Assembly (NCBI RefSeq): GCF_016623465.1
Contig: NZ_JAEDAJ010000010.1
Coordinates: 16,257-48,256, forward strand
Length of the DNA: 32,000 nt
Reading direction: 5' to 3'
Source: Brachybacterium halotolerans
Lineage (GTDB): Bacteria > Actinomycetota > Actinomycetes > Actinomycetales > Dermabacteraceae
The position numbers were made by a program, and so were the translations under genes. Each line of letters opens with the position of its first letter. Position 1 is the stretch's first letter. The notes under the pieces are model-generated. The model saw only the letters and a list, made by a program, of their open reading frames with translations, had not been told where the DNA came from and made no database searches. Of the stretch, positions 1 through 10,947 are shown piece after piece.

Positions 1-1014
1 GGCGAGACCGGACTCGTGCTCGAGGGGCTGCTGGAGACGGACGTCGAGACGATCGAGGTGGGGGACCTGCCCGAGATCGACGTCGACCTCATGCTGAACC
101 TCGCCAACCCCGATCTCGCGCTCTCCGTGGCCGCCCTGCCCAGCGCCGGCGTGGGCCTCGCGCGGATGGAGTTCGTCATCAACCGCCAGATCGGGATCCA
201 CCCGCTCGCCCTCCTGGACCCCGAGCACCAGAGCGCCGGGGTGCAGGAGCAGATCGAGCGCGCGACCAGCGCCGACGCCTCCCCGCGGGAGTTCTTCGTA
301 CGGCGCCTCGCCGAGGGCGTCGCGACCATCGCCGCCGCCTTCGCGCCGCGACCGGTGATCGTGCGGCTGAGCGACTTCAAGTCCAACGAGTACGCCGGAC
401 TCGTGGGCGGCGAGGTCTTCGAGCCCGACGAGGAGAACCCGATGATCGGGTTCCGCGGGGCCTCCCGCTACCTCTCCGAGCAGTTCGCCGAGGCCTTCGC
501 CCTCGAGTGCGAGGCGCTGCGCCGGGTGCGCGAGGACATGGGACTGGAGAACCTGCGGATCATGATCCCGTTCGTGCGCACCCCCGACGAGGCCCGGGGC
601 GTCGTCGAGGCACTGGCCTCCCACGGCCTCGAGCGCGGCAAGGACGGGCTCCAGGTCGTGATGATGTGCGAGATCCCCGCCAACGCGCTCAACGCCCCGG
701 CGTTCCTCGAGCACGTGGACGGCTTCTCGATCGGCTCGAACGACCTCACCCAGCTGACCCTGGGCATCGACCGCGATTCAGCGCTCGTCGCGGACTCCTT
801 CGACGAGCGCGACCCCGCGGTGCTGCAGCTCATCGACCTCGCGATCAGCGCGTGCCGTGAGCGCGGGAAGTACGTCGGGATCTGCGGTCAGGCCCCGAGC
901 GACCATCCCGAGCTCGCCGAGCACCTGCGGAGCGCCGGCATCGGATCGATCTCCCTGAACCCCGACACCGTCGTGGACACCTGGATGCGGATCGCGGGTC
1001 AGAAGGTCTCGTAA
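1..1014 (+). CDS. ppsA: Phosphoenolpyruvate synthase (pyruvate, water dikinase), C-terminal PEP-utilising TIM-barrel part; the 5' end lies outside the window
   Basis: Frame 1 is open from base 1 to TAA at 1012-1014. The translation carries RLSDFKSNEY, GFRGASRY, FSIGSNDLTQLTLG-DRDS and GICGQAPSDHPE, which are typical of the PEP-utilising enzyme C-terminal domain. Confidence 0.8.
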   Translation, partial: GETGLVLEGLLETDVETIEVGDLPEIDVDLMLNLANPDLALSVAALPSAGVGLARMEFVINRQIGIHPLALLDPEHQSAGVQEQIERATSADASPREFFVRRLAEGVATIAAAFAPRPVIVRLSDFKSNEYAGLVGGEVFEPDEENPMIGFRGASRYLSEQFAEAFALECEALRRVREDMGLENLRIMIPFVRTPDEARGVVEALASHGLERGKDGLQVVMMCEIPANALNAPAFLEHVDGFSIGSNDLTQLTLGIDRDSALVADSFDERDPAVLQLIDLAISACRERGKYVGICGQAPSDHPELAEHLRSAGIGSISLNPDTVVDTWMRIAGQKVS

Positions 1015-2432
1015 GCCGACTTCGCGACGGTGAATCCGTGGCCCGTCTTCACGTTCCAGCAGGTCATGCCGTCCGACTCGCTCCGGCAGGCGGTGTCGCC
1101 CTGGGTGGCGCTCTCGTCGTAGGCGAGCGTCGTCGGGGAGTCCCCGCCGAAGGTCGTGCCGCACTTCAGGTCCGCCTTCTCGTCGGCGACGCCGATCGAG
1201 AACGGGCCCGAGGAGCAGTCCTCGCTGTCGCCGCCGAAGGAGCGGTCGTCCAGCGAGCAGCCCACCGAGTCGTCGTCCAGGCTGCAGGTGATGTTGCCGG
1301 TGGGGGAGACCACGCGGCTGAGGTTCTTCGCGCCGTCGGGCGCCGGGGACTTGTCCTCGGCCTCGGTCGACTTCTCGGTCTTCGACTCGCTGGGCTTCTC
1401 CGAGGGCTCCTTCGAGGCCGACGAGCTCGCGCTGGTCTGCTGCGCGGACTCGTCGTCCCCGCCGGAGAAGAAGGAGCGCAGGCCGAAGATCGCGACCAGG
1501 GCGACGATCAGGGCGAGCAGCAGGCAGCCGCCGCACGCCCACCAGGTGGCGCGGCTGCGGCCCGAGTCCTCGTCGCCGCCGTCGTCGTGGCCGTCCTGCT
1601 CGTCGTACTCGGCGGGCCCGGCGTAGGCGGCGCCGGCCTGCACGGGCTCCTCGAAGTTCGCGGTCGGGGCCGGAGCCGGGTAGCCGTAGCCCTGGTCCGG
1701 CGCGGACGCCGACTGCGCGGGCGAGGGCATCGACGGGGCCGAGGCGGCGGGCCCGAGCGGGACGACCCCGCCGTCGGGCTTCACGTGGCGCACCGTGCCG
1801 CTCGAGGTCGAGATCGAGGCTGCGGGGGCGGCTGCCGGATGCTCCTGAGGCGCCTTGATCGGGGGCAGGGCAGGGGCGGTCGCGGGGGCGTCCGCGACCG
1901 GCGGCAGCCCCCATGCGGACTGCGCGTCGGGATCGCCTCCGGGGGCGGTCGGCGGCTCCTGGCCCTGCTGGTCGGCCGCGGCGGGATGCGGCGGCTCGCG
2001 GCGCAGCGGGGCGGGGGCGTCGGAGGGCGCCATGGCCTGGGTGGGCGGGCCGTCATCGCCCTCGGGGGCCGAGGAGGCGGGCGCGGGGTCCGTGGAGTCG
2101 GTGCGCTGGAGCTGCCGGGTCGCGAGCACGTCCCCGGTGTCCTCGAGGTCGCCGTCCGCGGCGGGAGCGGGCTGCTGCCGCTCCTCCTGCTGCTGGTCGG
2201 GCCGCTGCTCCTGATCGGGCTGCTGCTCCTGATCGGGCTGCTGCGCCTCCTGCTTCGCGCGCACGCGCGGGTTGGTCGCGAGGATCCACTGCCGCGCCAC
2301 GTCCGGGCAGGAGGGGTTCTCGACCAGGAGTCCGTGCAGCTGGGGGTGCCGCTCGGTGAGCTCCATCAGCCTCTCGGGCGAGGTGCTCGGATCCTGGGCC
2401 TCCTCGGCGGGTGACCGGGGGGTCTCGTTCAC
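999..2432 (-). CDS. Hypothetical single-pass membrane protein: short helical N-terminus, long Pro/Gln/Ala-rich disordered region, one TM helix, and a C-terminal 6-Cys extracytoplasmic domain
   Basis: GTG at 2432 lies 5 nt downstream of AGGAGA and is in frame with the 999..3500 ORF. The N-terminus (ERLMELTERHPQLHGLLVENPSCPDVARQWILATNP) resembles leucine-rich-variant-type repeats. The TM segment is WWACGGCLLLALIVALVAIFGL. The C-terminal ~110 aa contains 6 Cys. The part of the ORF upstream of 2432 is antisense to the SIP gene and is compositionally non-coding. Confidence 0.6.
   Translation of the reverse strand: MNETPRSPAEEAQDPSTSPERLMELTERHPQLHGLLVENPSCPDVARQWILATNPRVRAKQEAQQPDQEQQPDQEQRPDQQQEERQQPAPAADGDLEDTGDVLATRQLQRTDSTDPAPASSAPEGDDGPPTQAMAPSDAPAPLRREPPHPAAADQQGQEPPTAPGGDPDAQSAWGLPPVADAPATAPALPPIKAPQEHPAAAPAASISTSSGTVRHVKPDGGVVPLGPAASAPSMPSPAQSASAPDQGYGYPAPAPTANFEEPVQAGAAYAGPAEYDEQDGHDDGGDEDSGRSRATWWACGGCLLLALIVALVAIFGLRSFFSGGDDESAQQTSASSSASKEPSEKPSESKTEKSTEAEDKSPAPDGAKNLSRVVSPTGNITCSLDDDSVGCSLDDRSFGGDSEDCSSGPFSIGVADEKADLKCGTTFGGDSPTTLAYDESATQGDTACRSESDGMTCWNVKTGHGFTVAKSAYETF
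2189..2242 (-). repeat. In-frame 18-nt tandem repeat encoding PDQEQQ/PDQEQR/PDQQQE
   Basis: gctcctgatcgggctgct occurs twice perfectly (2207-2224 and 2225-2242), with a degenerate third copy immediately 5' on the + strand. Confidence 0.8.
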
Positions 2433-2673
2433 ATCGTTCTCCTGTCGGTGGGCGCCCTGCGCGCGGCCCGTCTCCGGGCGCGCGGCGAGGGCGGCGCTGT
2501 GCGCAGTCACCGAGGATGCCACACGCCCCGGTCGACGGGTCGAGCCGGATGTGATCTGGCGGACCCTCCGGCGCCCTTCAGTGAGGACAGCCTTGCCTGG
2601 CACAATGGTCGAGCGCCCCGCTGTTCCGCCCCGCAGCCCCGCGCTGCCCGCCCGCACATCCGAAGGAGCTGCT

Positions 2674-3660
2674 GTGACGCGTCCGTCCACCACCGCCCAT
2701 CTCGCCGAGGTCCTCCGCGTCGAGGACATGACCCCCGCCTTCCGCCGCGTGGTGCTGGGCGGTGAGGGCATGGCGGAGTTCGGCATCGACCACCACCCGC
2801 TCGACCAGCGCTTCAAGCTCATCATCCCGCCGGGCGGTGGAGATCCGGCCTTCGATCTCGTGGACTTCCTCGAGAGCCACCAGAGCGACGACCTCTCCTG
2901 GTACCAGGCCTGGCTGCAGGTCGACGAGGACGTGCGCGGCGCCATGCGCACGTACACGATCCGCGACTGGGACGAGGCCGCCCGCGAGCTCGTCGTCGAC
3001 ATGGTCCTGCACACGGACGAGCACGGCGTCGGCGGGCCCGCCGGCAGCTGGGCGCAGGCCGTGCGCCCCGGAGGCCGCCTGCACCTCATCGGCCCCCGCC
3101 GCGGAGGGGAGCAGTCCCGCAGCGGCATCGAGTTCGAGCCCGGCGGCGCGAAGGACCTGCTGCTCGTCGGCGACGAGACCGCGGTGCCCGCGATCGCCTC
3201 GATCCTCGAGTCCCTGCGCGGGTCCGACGTGCGCGGCCGGGCCCTCCTCGAGGTGCCGACGGCCGCCGACCGCCTGGATCTCGAGGGGCCGGCCGGCGTC
3301 GAGGTCGTGTGGCTGGCCCGCGACGGCGCCGAGCACGGCTCCCTGCTCGAGCCCGCGGTCCGCGAGGCCGTCGCGGCCGACGCGGATCTGCCCGCCGACC
3401 CGTCGGCCGGCGAGCGGGTCGAGCTCGAGGACGTCGACATCGACTCCACGATTCTCTGGGAGGTGCCCCAGCACCTCACCCACGCCGCCCACGGCAGCAC
3501 CTCCGAGGTCCACCCCGACGAGCGCCCCTTCTACGCGTGGATCGCGGGCGAGGCGGGCGTGGTCAAGCGCCTGCGCCGCTACCTCGTGCGCGAGATCGGC
3601 GTGGACCGCAAGCAGGTCGCCTTCATGGGGTACTGGCGGATCGGCAAGGCCGAGGGCTGA
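2674..3660 (+). CDS. Siderophore-interacting protein (ViuB/SIP family FAD-binding ferric-siderophore reductase)
   Basis: GTG at 2674 lies 6 nt after GAAGGAG. The N-terminal beta-barrel part has LRVEDMTPAFRRVVLGG and RTYTIRDWD. The C-terminal hallmark is FYAWIAGEAGVVKRLRRYLVREIGVDRKQVAFMGYWRIGKAEG. Confidence 0.85.
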   Translation: MTRPSTTAHLAEVLRVEDMTPAFRRVVLGGEGMAEFGIDHHPLDQRFKLIIPPGGGDPAFDLVDFLESHQSDDLSWYQAWLQVDEDVRGAMRTYTIRDWDEAARELVVDMVLHTDEHGVGGPAGSWAQAVRPGGRLHLIGPRRGGEQSRSGIEFEPGGAKDLLLVGDETAVPAIASILESLRGSDVRGRALLEVPTAADRLDLEGPAGVEVVWLARDGAEHGSLLEPAVREAVAADADLPADPSAGERVELEDVDIDSTILWEVPQHLTHAAHGSTSEVHPDERPFYAWIAGEAGVVKRLRRYLVREIGVDRKQVAFMGYWRIGKAEG

Positions 3661-3682
3661 CTGCGGGGCCGGTCGCTCCGGG

Positions 3683-5461
3683 TCACTCCGGGTCGATCAC
3701 CGGGATCGCCGTGGTCCGGGTGATCGGCTCGCCCTGCTCGCCGAGGGGGCGCACCTTCAGCCAGTAGAAGCCGTGGCCGGGGAGCATGACGTCCAGGGTT
3801 CCGTCCTCGCCGAGCGAGGGGAACTCGGCGCCGCCGAAGAGGTCGCGCACGGTGCGTCGGCCCGGCCCCTCGAGCGCGACGCGCGCGGTCACCGGCTGCG
3901 GGGCGAGGTTGAAGACGCACAGCAGGGTCTCGGCGTGCTGGGCGGCCTCCTCCCCGTGGTCCGCGCCGTCATAGGTCCGGGTGAAGGCGAGGACGCGCTC
4001 GTTGTCCGCCTCGACGTGCCGGTAGGCGCCCATGCCGAAGGCGTCGTGCTCGCGGCGCACCGCGAGCATCCAGCGCACGAAGTGCAGCAGCGATCCCGAG
4101 TGCGCCATCTGCGCCTCGACGTTCGTGGTCGCGTAGTGGTAGACGAGCGACTGGATCACCGGCAGGTAGAGCTTGCCGGGATCGGTGATGTCGCTGAAGC
4201 CCGCATTGCGGTCCGGCGTCCACTGCATCGGGGTGCGCACGGCATCGCGATCGGTCAGCCAGATGTTGTCGCCCATGCCGATCTCATCCCCGTAGTAGAG
4301 GAACGGGGAGCCGGGCAGCGAGAGCAGCAGGGCGTGGATCAGCTCGATCTCCGAGCGGGAGTTGTCCAGCAGCGGGGCCAGGCGCCGGCGGATGCCGACG
4401 TTCGCGCGCATGCGCGCGTCCGGTGCGTACCACCCGAGCATCGCCGAGCGGTCCTGGCCCGAGACCATCTCGAGGGTGAGCTCGTCGTGATTGCGCAGGA
4501 ACGTGCCCCACTGGGCGCCCTGCGGGATCTCCGGGGTCTGCGCCATGATCTCGACGATCTGACGCGCGCTGCCTTCCCGCAGCGCGTAGAACAGGCGCGG
4601 CATCACCGGGAAGTGGAAGCACATGTGGCATTCGGGGTCCTCGGGGGTGCCGAAGTACTCCACGACGTCCTCGGGCCACTGGTTGGCCTCGGCGATGATC
4701 ACGCGGCCCGGCCAGCTCTCGTCCACGAAGCGGCGCAGGTCGGCGAGGAAGGCGTGGGTCGCCGGAAGGTTCTCGCCGTCGGTCCCCTCCTCCTCGAAGA
4801 GGTAGGGGATGGCGTCGGCCCGGAAGCCGTCCACGCCCTTGTCCAGCCAGAAGCGCACCACGTCGAACATCGCCTCGCGCACCGCGGGGTTCTCGAAGTT
4901 CAGGTCCGGCTGGTGGGAGAAGAAGCGGTGCCAGAAGAACTGGCGGCGCACCGGGTCGAAGGTCCAGTTCGACTCCTCCGTGTCCACGAAGATGATGCGC
5001 GCCTCGCGGTACTTCTCATCCGTGTCCGACCAGACGTAGAAGTCGCCGTACGGGCCCTCCGGGTCCGCGCGGGACTCGAGGAACCACGGGTGCTTGTCCG
5101 AGGTGTGGTTCATCGGCAGGTCGATGATCACGCGGATCCCCCGGCGGTGGGCCTCGGAGACCAGGCGCTCGAAGTCCGTGATGGAGCCGAAGTCCGGCAG
5201 CACCGCGCCGTAGTCGGAGATGTCGTACCCGCCGTCGCGCAGCGGGGAGGCGAAGAAGGGCGGCAGCCACAGGCAGTCGATGCCCAGCCACTGCAGGTAG
5301 TCCAGGCGCTCGATGAGCCCCGTGAAGTCGCCGGTGCCGTCGCCGTTGCCGTCGGCGAAGCCGCGCACGAGCACCTCGTAGAACACGGCCTTGCGGTACC
5401 AGTGGGGGTCGTAGTCGACCCCGGGGCCCTGCGGTGTGAACTGGGCGGGGTTCAGTGCCAT
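3683..5461 (-). CDS. treS: Trehalose synthase / maltose alpha-D-glucosyltransferase (GH13), with no fused maltokinase domain
   Basis: 592-aa ORF. It carries [64 protein letters not shown] and [16 protein letters not shown], which closely match the TreS signature regions. GGAGG lies 8 nt upstream of the ATG. Confidence 0.9.
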   Translation of the reverse strand: MALNPAQFTPQGPGVDYDPHWYRKAVFYEVLVRGFADGNGDGTGDFTGLIERLDYLQWLGIDCLWLPPFFASPLRDGGYDISDYGAVLPDFGSITDFERLVSEAHRRGIRVIIDLPMNHTSDKHPWFLESRADPEGPYGDFYVWSDTDEKYREARIIFVDTEESNWTFDPVRRQFFWHRFFSHQPDLNFENPAVREAMFDVVRFWLDKGVDGFRADAIPYLFEEEGTDGENLPATHAFLADLRRFVDESWPGRVIIAEANQWPEDVVEYFGTPEDPECHMCFHFPVMPRLFYALREGSARQIVEIMAQTPEIPQGAQWGTFLRNHDELTLEMVSGQDRSAMLGWYAPDARMRANVGIRRRLAPLLDNSRSEIELIHALLLSLPGSPFLYYGDEIGMGDNIWLTDRDAVRTPMQWTPDRNAGFSDITDPGKLYLPVIQSLVYHYATTNVEAQMAHSGSLLHFVRWMLAVRREHDAFGMGAYRHVEADNERVLAFTRTYDGADHGEEAAQHAETLLCVFNLAPQPVTARVALEGPGRRTVRDLFGGAEFPSLGEDGTLDVMLPGHGFYWLKVRPLGEQGEPITRTTAIPVIDPE

Positions 5462-5542
5462 CGCGCGATCCTCCGGAGTGACGCCGAGCGGGTCGTCCCA
5501 CAGTAGGCGGGTCGGTGCCCCGGCGCCATGCCTCCGGGCGCG

Positions 5543-6223
5543 TCAGTCCCGCACGACCCGCCAGTCGATCGGCTGCGCCTCCTGCTGCTCCAGCAGGGCG
5601 TTCGCGCGGGAGAAGGGGCGGGACCCGAAGAACCCGCGCGAGGCCGAGAGCGGGCTCGGGTGCGGGGAGGTGATGCAGGGCGTCGGGGACAGCATCGGCT
5701 GCAGGCTCTGCGCGTCACGGCCCCACAGGATCGCCACCAGCGGTCCGCCGCGCGCGGCCAGGGCGCGGATCGCCGCCTCCGTGACCGCCTCCCAGCCCTT
5801 CCCGCGATGCGAGGCGGGGGAGCCCGGCTGCACCGTGAGCACCCTGTTCAGAAGGAGAACGCCCTGGTCCTGCCAGGCGCTGAGGTCGCCGTGGGGCGCA
5901 GGGGCGATCTCCAGGTCCTCCTGCATCTCCTTGAAGATGTTCTGCAGGCTGCGGGGGATCGGGCGCACGTGCTCCTCGACCGCGAAGGACAGCCCGATCG
6001 GGTGGCCGGGCGTCGGATACGGGTCCTGGCCCACGATGAGCACGCGCACGTCGGCGAGCGGCCGGGTGAAGGCGCGCAGCACGTTCTGTCCCGTCGGCAG
6101 GTATCCGCGCCCGGACTCCGCCTCGGTGCGCAGGAAGTCGCCCATCTGATGGATCGCCGGTTCGACGGGGGAGAGGGCCTCGGCCCAGTCGGGGGCGATG
6201 GTCTCGGCGAGGGGGCGCGGCAT
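5543..6223 (-). CDS. ung: Uracil-DNA glycosylase, family 1
   Basis: ATG at 6223 is in frame with the 5543..6628 ORF. Motifs are [19 protein letters not shown] (water-activating loop) and [19 protein letters not shown] (leucine-intercalation loop). Length is 226 aa. Confidence 0.9.
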   Translation of the reverse strand: MPRPLAETIAPDWAEALSPVEPAIHQMGDFLRTEAESGRGYLPTGQNVLRAFTRPLADVRVLIVGQDPYPTPGHPIGLSFAVEEHVRPIPRSLQNIFKEMQEDLEIAPAPHGDLSAWQDQGVLLLNRVLTVQPGSPASHRGKGWEAVTEAAIRALAARGGPLVAILWGRDAQSLQPMLSPTPCITSPHPSPLSASRGFFGSRPFSRANALLEQQEAQPIDWRVVRD

Positions 6224-6322
6224 GGGGCAAGTCTGGCATGCGGCGCGACGGAGGCGGGGTGGTCCGACGGGTCCCCGGCGCGCCGGGACGGACGGCCCGG
6301 CGCGCGGCCGTAGGGTGGATCC

Positions 6323-6637
6323 ATGCCCGCCTCCGCCGACCTCCCCGCCCAGGATCCCGACGACCTCTCCGGGGTCGCCGAGCGCTCCGGGGAGGACGGG
6401 AGCACGGGGCTCACGGCGCAGGAGCGTGCGATCCTCGCGATGGAGGAGCGCACGTTCAGGTACGTCGGCGCGAAGGAGCGGCGGATCCGCGAGGAGCTCG
6501 CTCTCACCCCGACCGCCTATTACGTGCGGCTGAACGCGCTGCTCGACCGCCCCGAGGCGCTGCGCTCCGCGCCCGCCCTGGTGCACCGACTGCGCGCCCG
6601 GCGCGTGAGCGCGAGCGACGCCGGCCACGCGGCCTGA
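6323..6637 (+). CDS. DUF3263 domain-containing protein
   Basis: 104-aa ORF with [51 protein letters not shown], the pattern typical of actinobacterial DUF3263. It is divergent from ung and followed by a LytR_C gene, as is common in Actinomycetota. Confidence 0.8.
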   Translation: MPASADLPAQDPDDLSGVAERSGEDGSTGLTAQERAILAMEERTFRYVGAKERRIREELALTPTAYYVRLNALLDRPEALRSAPALVHRLRARRVSASDAGHAA

Positions 6638-6717
6638 GCCGGGACACCGTACAGACGTCGCCCGCGCATCGCGTGTGGCTCCCCGCTCCGTCGGCTCGGA
6701 GCTGGTTCAATGGGTCC

Positions 6718-7284
6718 GTGGCAGATTCCGAGTACCCCTACCCTCCGGACCAGTTCGACGAGGAGGCGACCGAGGTCGCCTACCACGGCGCGCATCGCGC
6801 CGAGGAGTCGTTCTGGCGCCAGAACCTCGTCTACCTGATCATCATCGCCGTCGCGGTGGTGGTCCTGCTCGTGCTGCTGTTCACCATCGGCGGGCTCGGG
6901 AAGTCGGGGGACGACCGCGCCGAGGCGCCCACCACGGCCGCGAGCTCGCAGGACGACTCGTCGAAGAGCGATGACGCCTCCGACGGCGGCGGCGAGGACC
7001 AGTCCGAGCCGGACAAGTCCACCCCCGTGCTCGTGATGAACGCCGGCGGGATCTCCGGCATGGCCGGCGCCTGGGAGAAGTCGCTGACCGACGCCGGGTG
7101 GACGAAGGTCGGCATCGGCACCGCGGACAACGTCCAGCAGGAGAGCGTCGTCTTCTACCGCGACGACGAGGACAAGGCCTCCGCGCAGGCCCTTGCCGAC
7201 GAGGTCGGCGCGGGCGACGCCCGCCAGAGCGACGAGTACGACAACCGCATCACCTTCGTCGCCGTCGAGCAGCCCGAGGGCTGA
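6718..7284 (+). CDS. LytR C-terminal domain-containing membrane protein
   Basis: GTG at 6718 (an alternative GTG lies at 6673). The product has an N-terminal YPYPPDQFDEE segment, the TM helix LVYLIIIAVAVVVLLVLLFTIGGL, an acidic Ser/Asp linker, and a C-terminal VLVMNAGGISGMAG...VVFYRDDEDKASAQALADEVG region typical of LytR_C. The start codon is uncertain. Confidence 0.7.
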   Translation: MADSEYPYPPDQFDEEATEVAYHGAHRAEESFWRQNLVYLIIIAVAVVVLLVLLFTIGGLGKSGDDRAEAPTTAASSQDDSSKSDDASDGGGEDQSEPDKSTPVLVMNAGGISGMAGAWEKSLTDAGWTKVGIGTADNVQQESVVFYRDDEDKASAQALADEVGAGDARQSDEYDNRITFVAVEQPEG

Positions 7285-7413
7285 GAAGCTCGGCGCAGCC
7301 ACGCGCGCAGGCGCCGCGCAGGGGCCGGTCACCGGGGACGGTGGCCGGCCCCTCGTGCGTGCCGGGGGCTGCACATGCGAGGGATGCGCCGACGGCGGAA
7401 TCCGTGGGAGGGG

Positions 7414-7440
7414 TTAGCACTCCGAGGGGGAGAGTGCTTA
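7414..7440. promoter_or_regulatory. CIRCE operator (HrcA binding site), copy 1
   Basis: TTAGCACTC-cgaggggga-GAGTGCTTA matches the consensus TTAGCACTC-N9-GAGTGCTAA at 17 of 18 positions. It lies 185 nt upstream of the groEL ATG. Confidence 0.85.
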
Positions 7441-7447
7441 TGATGAT

Positions 7448-7474
7448 CTGGCACTCGACGCCGACGAGTGACAG
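7448..7474. promoter_or_regulatory. CIRCE-like operator, copy 2 (degenerate)
   Basis: CTGGCACTC-gacgccgac-GAGTGACAG has the same 9-N9-9 geometry. The arms are complementary at 8 of 9 positions, and 13 of 18 positions match the CIRCE consensus. It lies 7 nt after copy 1. Confidence 0.6.
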
Positions 7475-7552
7475 CGTCCGGAAGGGCGCGATCGTCGGCG
7501 GAGAGCCAGGAGCATTCCGGCCCCGTGAGGGACCCGGCGCCGCGTGACGTGA

Positions 7553-9262
<1,710 letters not shown>

Positions 9263-9266
9263 TCCG

Positions 9267-9288
9267 CCGCCGGGCAGCTGCCCGGCGG
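9267..9288 (+). terminator. GC-rich perfect palindrome directly after the groEL stop codon
   Basis: ccgccgggcag|ctgcccggcgg is 22 nt and begins 5 nt after the TGA. There is no T-tract. Confidence 0.45.
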
Positions 9289-9326
9289 TGATCGCACCAG
9301 TGATCGCGAACGCTTCACCACACGGC

Positions 9327-9359
9327 GCGGCCGCGTGACCTGCATGGTCACGCGGCCGC
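9327..9359. terminator. 14-bp perfect stem-loop between the convergent groEL and GNAT genes (candidate bidirectional terminator)
   Basis: gcggccgcgtgacc-tgcat-ggtcacgcggccgc. Confidence 0.5.
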
Positions 9360-9416
9360 GCTGCTGTGTGCGCGGGGTGCCGTCTGCTCGTGCGCACGAG
9401 ACTGCCGCGCCTTTCG

Positions 9417-9935
9417 TCAGAACGAGCCGCGAAGCCCATGGGCACGCACCATCACGCTTCCGTTCGGCGTGGTGCGGACTGTCTCGAAGCCTCGAGACCT
9501 GTAGAGCGCAGTCGCAACCGAATTCTCGGCGTCGACGTGGAGGCTGAGTGCGAGGAAGCCCATGTCAGGCGCGAGTTCCAGCAGCCGGTCGAGGAGTCTG
9601 CCACCGACCCCGATGCCCCGGAAGCGCTCGTCGACGGCCAGCACCAGTTCAGGAATCGTGTCCTTCACGAATCCTGACCGTGCGCTCTGGTGCGTGAAGA
9701 GTCGGAACCATGCCGCCCCGCACATCTCCTCGTCGGTCGAGTCGGGGACGGCCACCACTCCTGCGTCGCCTGCGCGGGTCCCGAAGCCATCCACGTAGGA
9801 GTCGGGTGTCCCAGCGGCAGCGTGGATCCGGTACGCGGAGTCGTCCCACGGTTCGCGCCAGCGCCACGCTGCGTAGACCGCGCGCCGCATCGCCTCCTCG
9901 TCGTCGGGCACTGCGCGCCGCATCGTGAAGCCCAT
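9417..9935 (-). CDS. GNAT family N-acetyltransferase
   Basis: The acetyl-CoA binding core is LVLAVDERFRGIGVGGRLLDRLLELA, followed by SLHVDAENSVATALYRSRGFE. The start is ATG 9935 or ATG 9923, and neither has an obvious SD. The upstream part of the 9417..10250 ORF looks non-coding. Confidence 0.7.
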   Translation of the reverse strand: MGFTMRRAVPDDEEAMRRAVYAAWRWREPWDDSAYRIHAAAGTPDSYVDGFGTRAGDAGVVAVPDSTDEEMCGAAWFRLFTHQSARSGFVKDTIPELVLAVDERFRGIGVGGRLLDRLLELAPDMGFLALSLHVDAENSVATALYRSRGFETVRTTPNGSVMVRAHGLRGSF

Positions 9936-10109
9936 GTCGTGGACCGTAGCAGCAGGAGATCTCGACCCGGCTCCGCGGCGATGGCGCACCTTCCTGCTGT
10001 GGTCTTGTGGAAGCATGGCCGGTCCACAACGGCACAGCCGCCTGGATGGGGTGAGAGGATCGTGGCGTCCGGAGTCGGGAGAGCCGTCGCGCCGAGAGTC
10101 CGAAGGGCC

Positions 10110-10931
10110 ATGCTCATGAGCACCGCATCCACCTGCGCACGTCCCACGATCATGCTCACGCCATGGTGCCGCCGCCTGATGCTGAGCGATGAGGACGTGC
10201 CGCGAGCGGCGGCGGACGGGTCGACTGCTCCGACTCCGATCCTCGACCATCGCTCCGCGGCGGTGACGACGCTCGTCGACCGGGCTCGCGTCGCGGCGAC
10301 GTCACCCGGTCCGAGAACGGTCCTGCAGGTCGCCCACCGGATCATCGCGACCGAGATCTCCCCGGTCTATGCGCTCGACGAGACCGTGCCGGCCTCTCGG
10401 ATCATCGCGCGCGGCACGGGATCGTGCAGCCAGCGGCTCGCGGTGCTCGAGAGCGTCGCGCGGGCGATCGGCGTGCGCACACGGGTGCGGGCGCTGCTCA
10501 TCGACGCCTCCTTCTGGTACGACCGCTTCGGTCCCGCGCGGTGGGTGCTGCCCGACGCGATGCTGCTGGTCTGGCCCGAGCTGGAGCTCGCATCGCAGCG
10601 GTGTGCGGGCACGACCGCTGGCAACGGGGCCGACGCCGGCGGGTCCGGCGCCGGTTGGACGAGTGCCGCGGAACTGTTCGGGCCGATCGGCTGCCGCGGA
10701 GGCGCAGCCTTCACGAACACCGGCTCGGAGACGCTCTTCGAAGCCGCCGGACGCTGCGCGATCGACTGGGACGGGCGGACCGACGACCCCGACTTCGACC
10801 TCTCCGGCTTCGTGCGCCACGACTACGGACGCTTCACGGATCGCGACGAGGCGTTCGCCCTGCTGGGGCAGACGCTGTGCGCGCCGAGCCGCCGCATCGC
10901 CGACCCGGTGATGCGGCGGGTCTCGGCCTGA
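10110..10931 (+). CDS. Hypothetical protein with a transglutaminase-like Cys motif
   Basis: It is in frame with the 9690..10931 ORF. The G-S-C-S-Q...ARAIGVRTRV segment (RGTGSCSQRLAVLESVARAIGVRTRVRALL) resembles the nucleophile region of a transglutaminase-like cysteine peptidase. The expected His motif is not obvious. The start is uncertain (ATG at 10110, 10116, 10152 or 10179). Confidence 0.45.
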   Translation: MLMSTASTCARPTIMLTPWCRRLMLSDEDVPRAAADGSTAPTPILDHRSAAVTTLVDRARVAATSPGPRTVLQVAHRIIATEISPVYALDETVPASRIIARGTGSCSQRLAVLESVARAIGVRTRVRALLIDASFWYDRFGPARWVLPDAMLLVWPELELASQRCAGTTAGNGADAGGSGAGWTSAAELFGPIGCRGGAAFTNTGSETLFEAAGRCAIDWDGRTDDPDFDLSGFVRHDYGRFTDRDEAFALLGQTLCAPSRRIADPVMRRVSA

Positions 10932-10947
10932 TCGCGGTCGGGAGCCC

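Noticed and set aside
2433-3500. The upstream 356 codons of the 833-aa minus-strand ORF (999..3500)
   Set aside because: This part is antisense to the well-supported siderophore-interacting protein gene and is Ser/Arg/Thr/Pro-rich. A GTG with an AGGAGA SD at 2432 gives a coherent protein, so the gene was truncated to 999..2432.
2762-5506. A 914-aa plus-strand ORF spanning the SIP 3' end and all of treS
   Set aside because: It is out of frame with the SIP gene and antisense to treS. Its composition is dominated by R/A/S/P/V, and it has no start context or motifs. It is a GC artefact.
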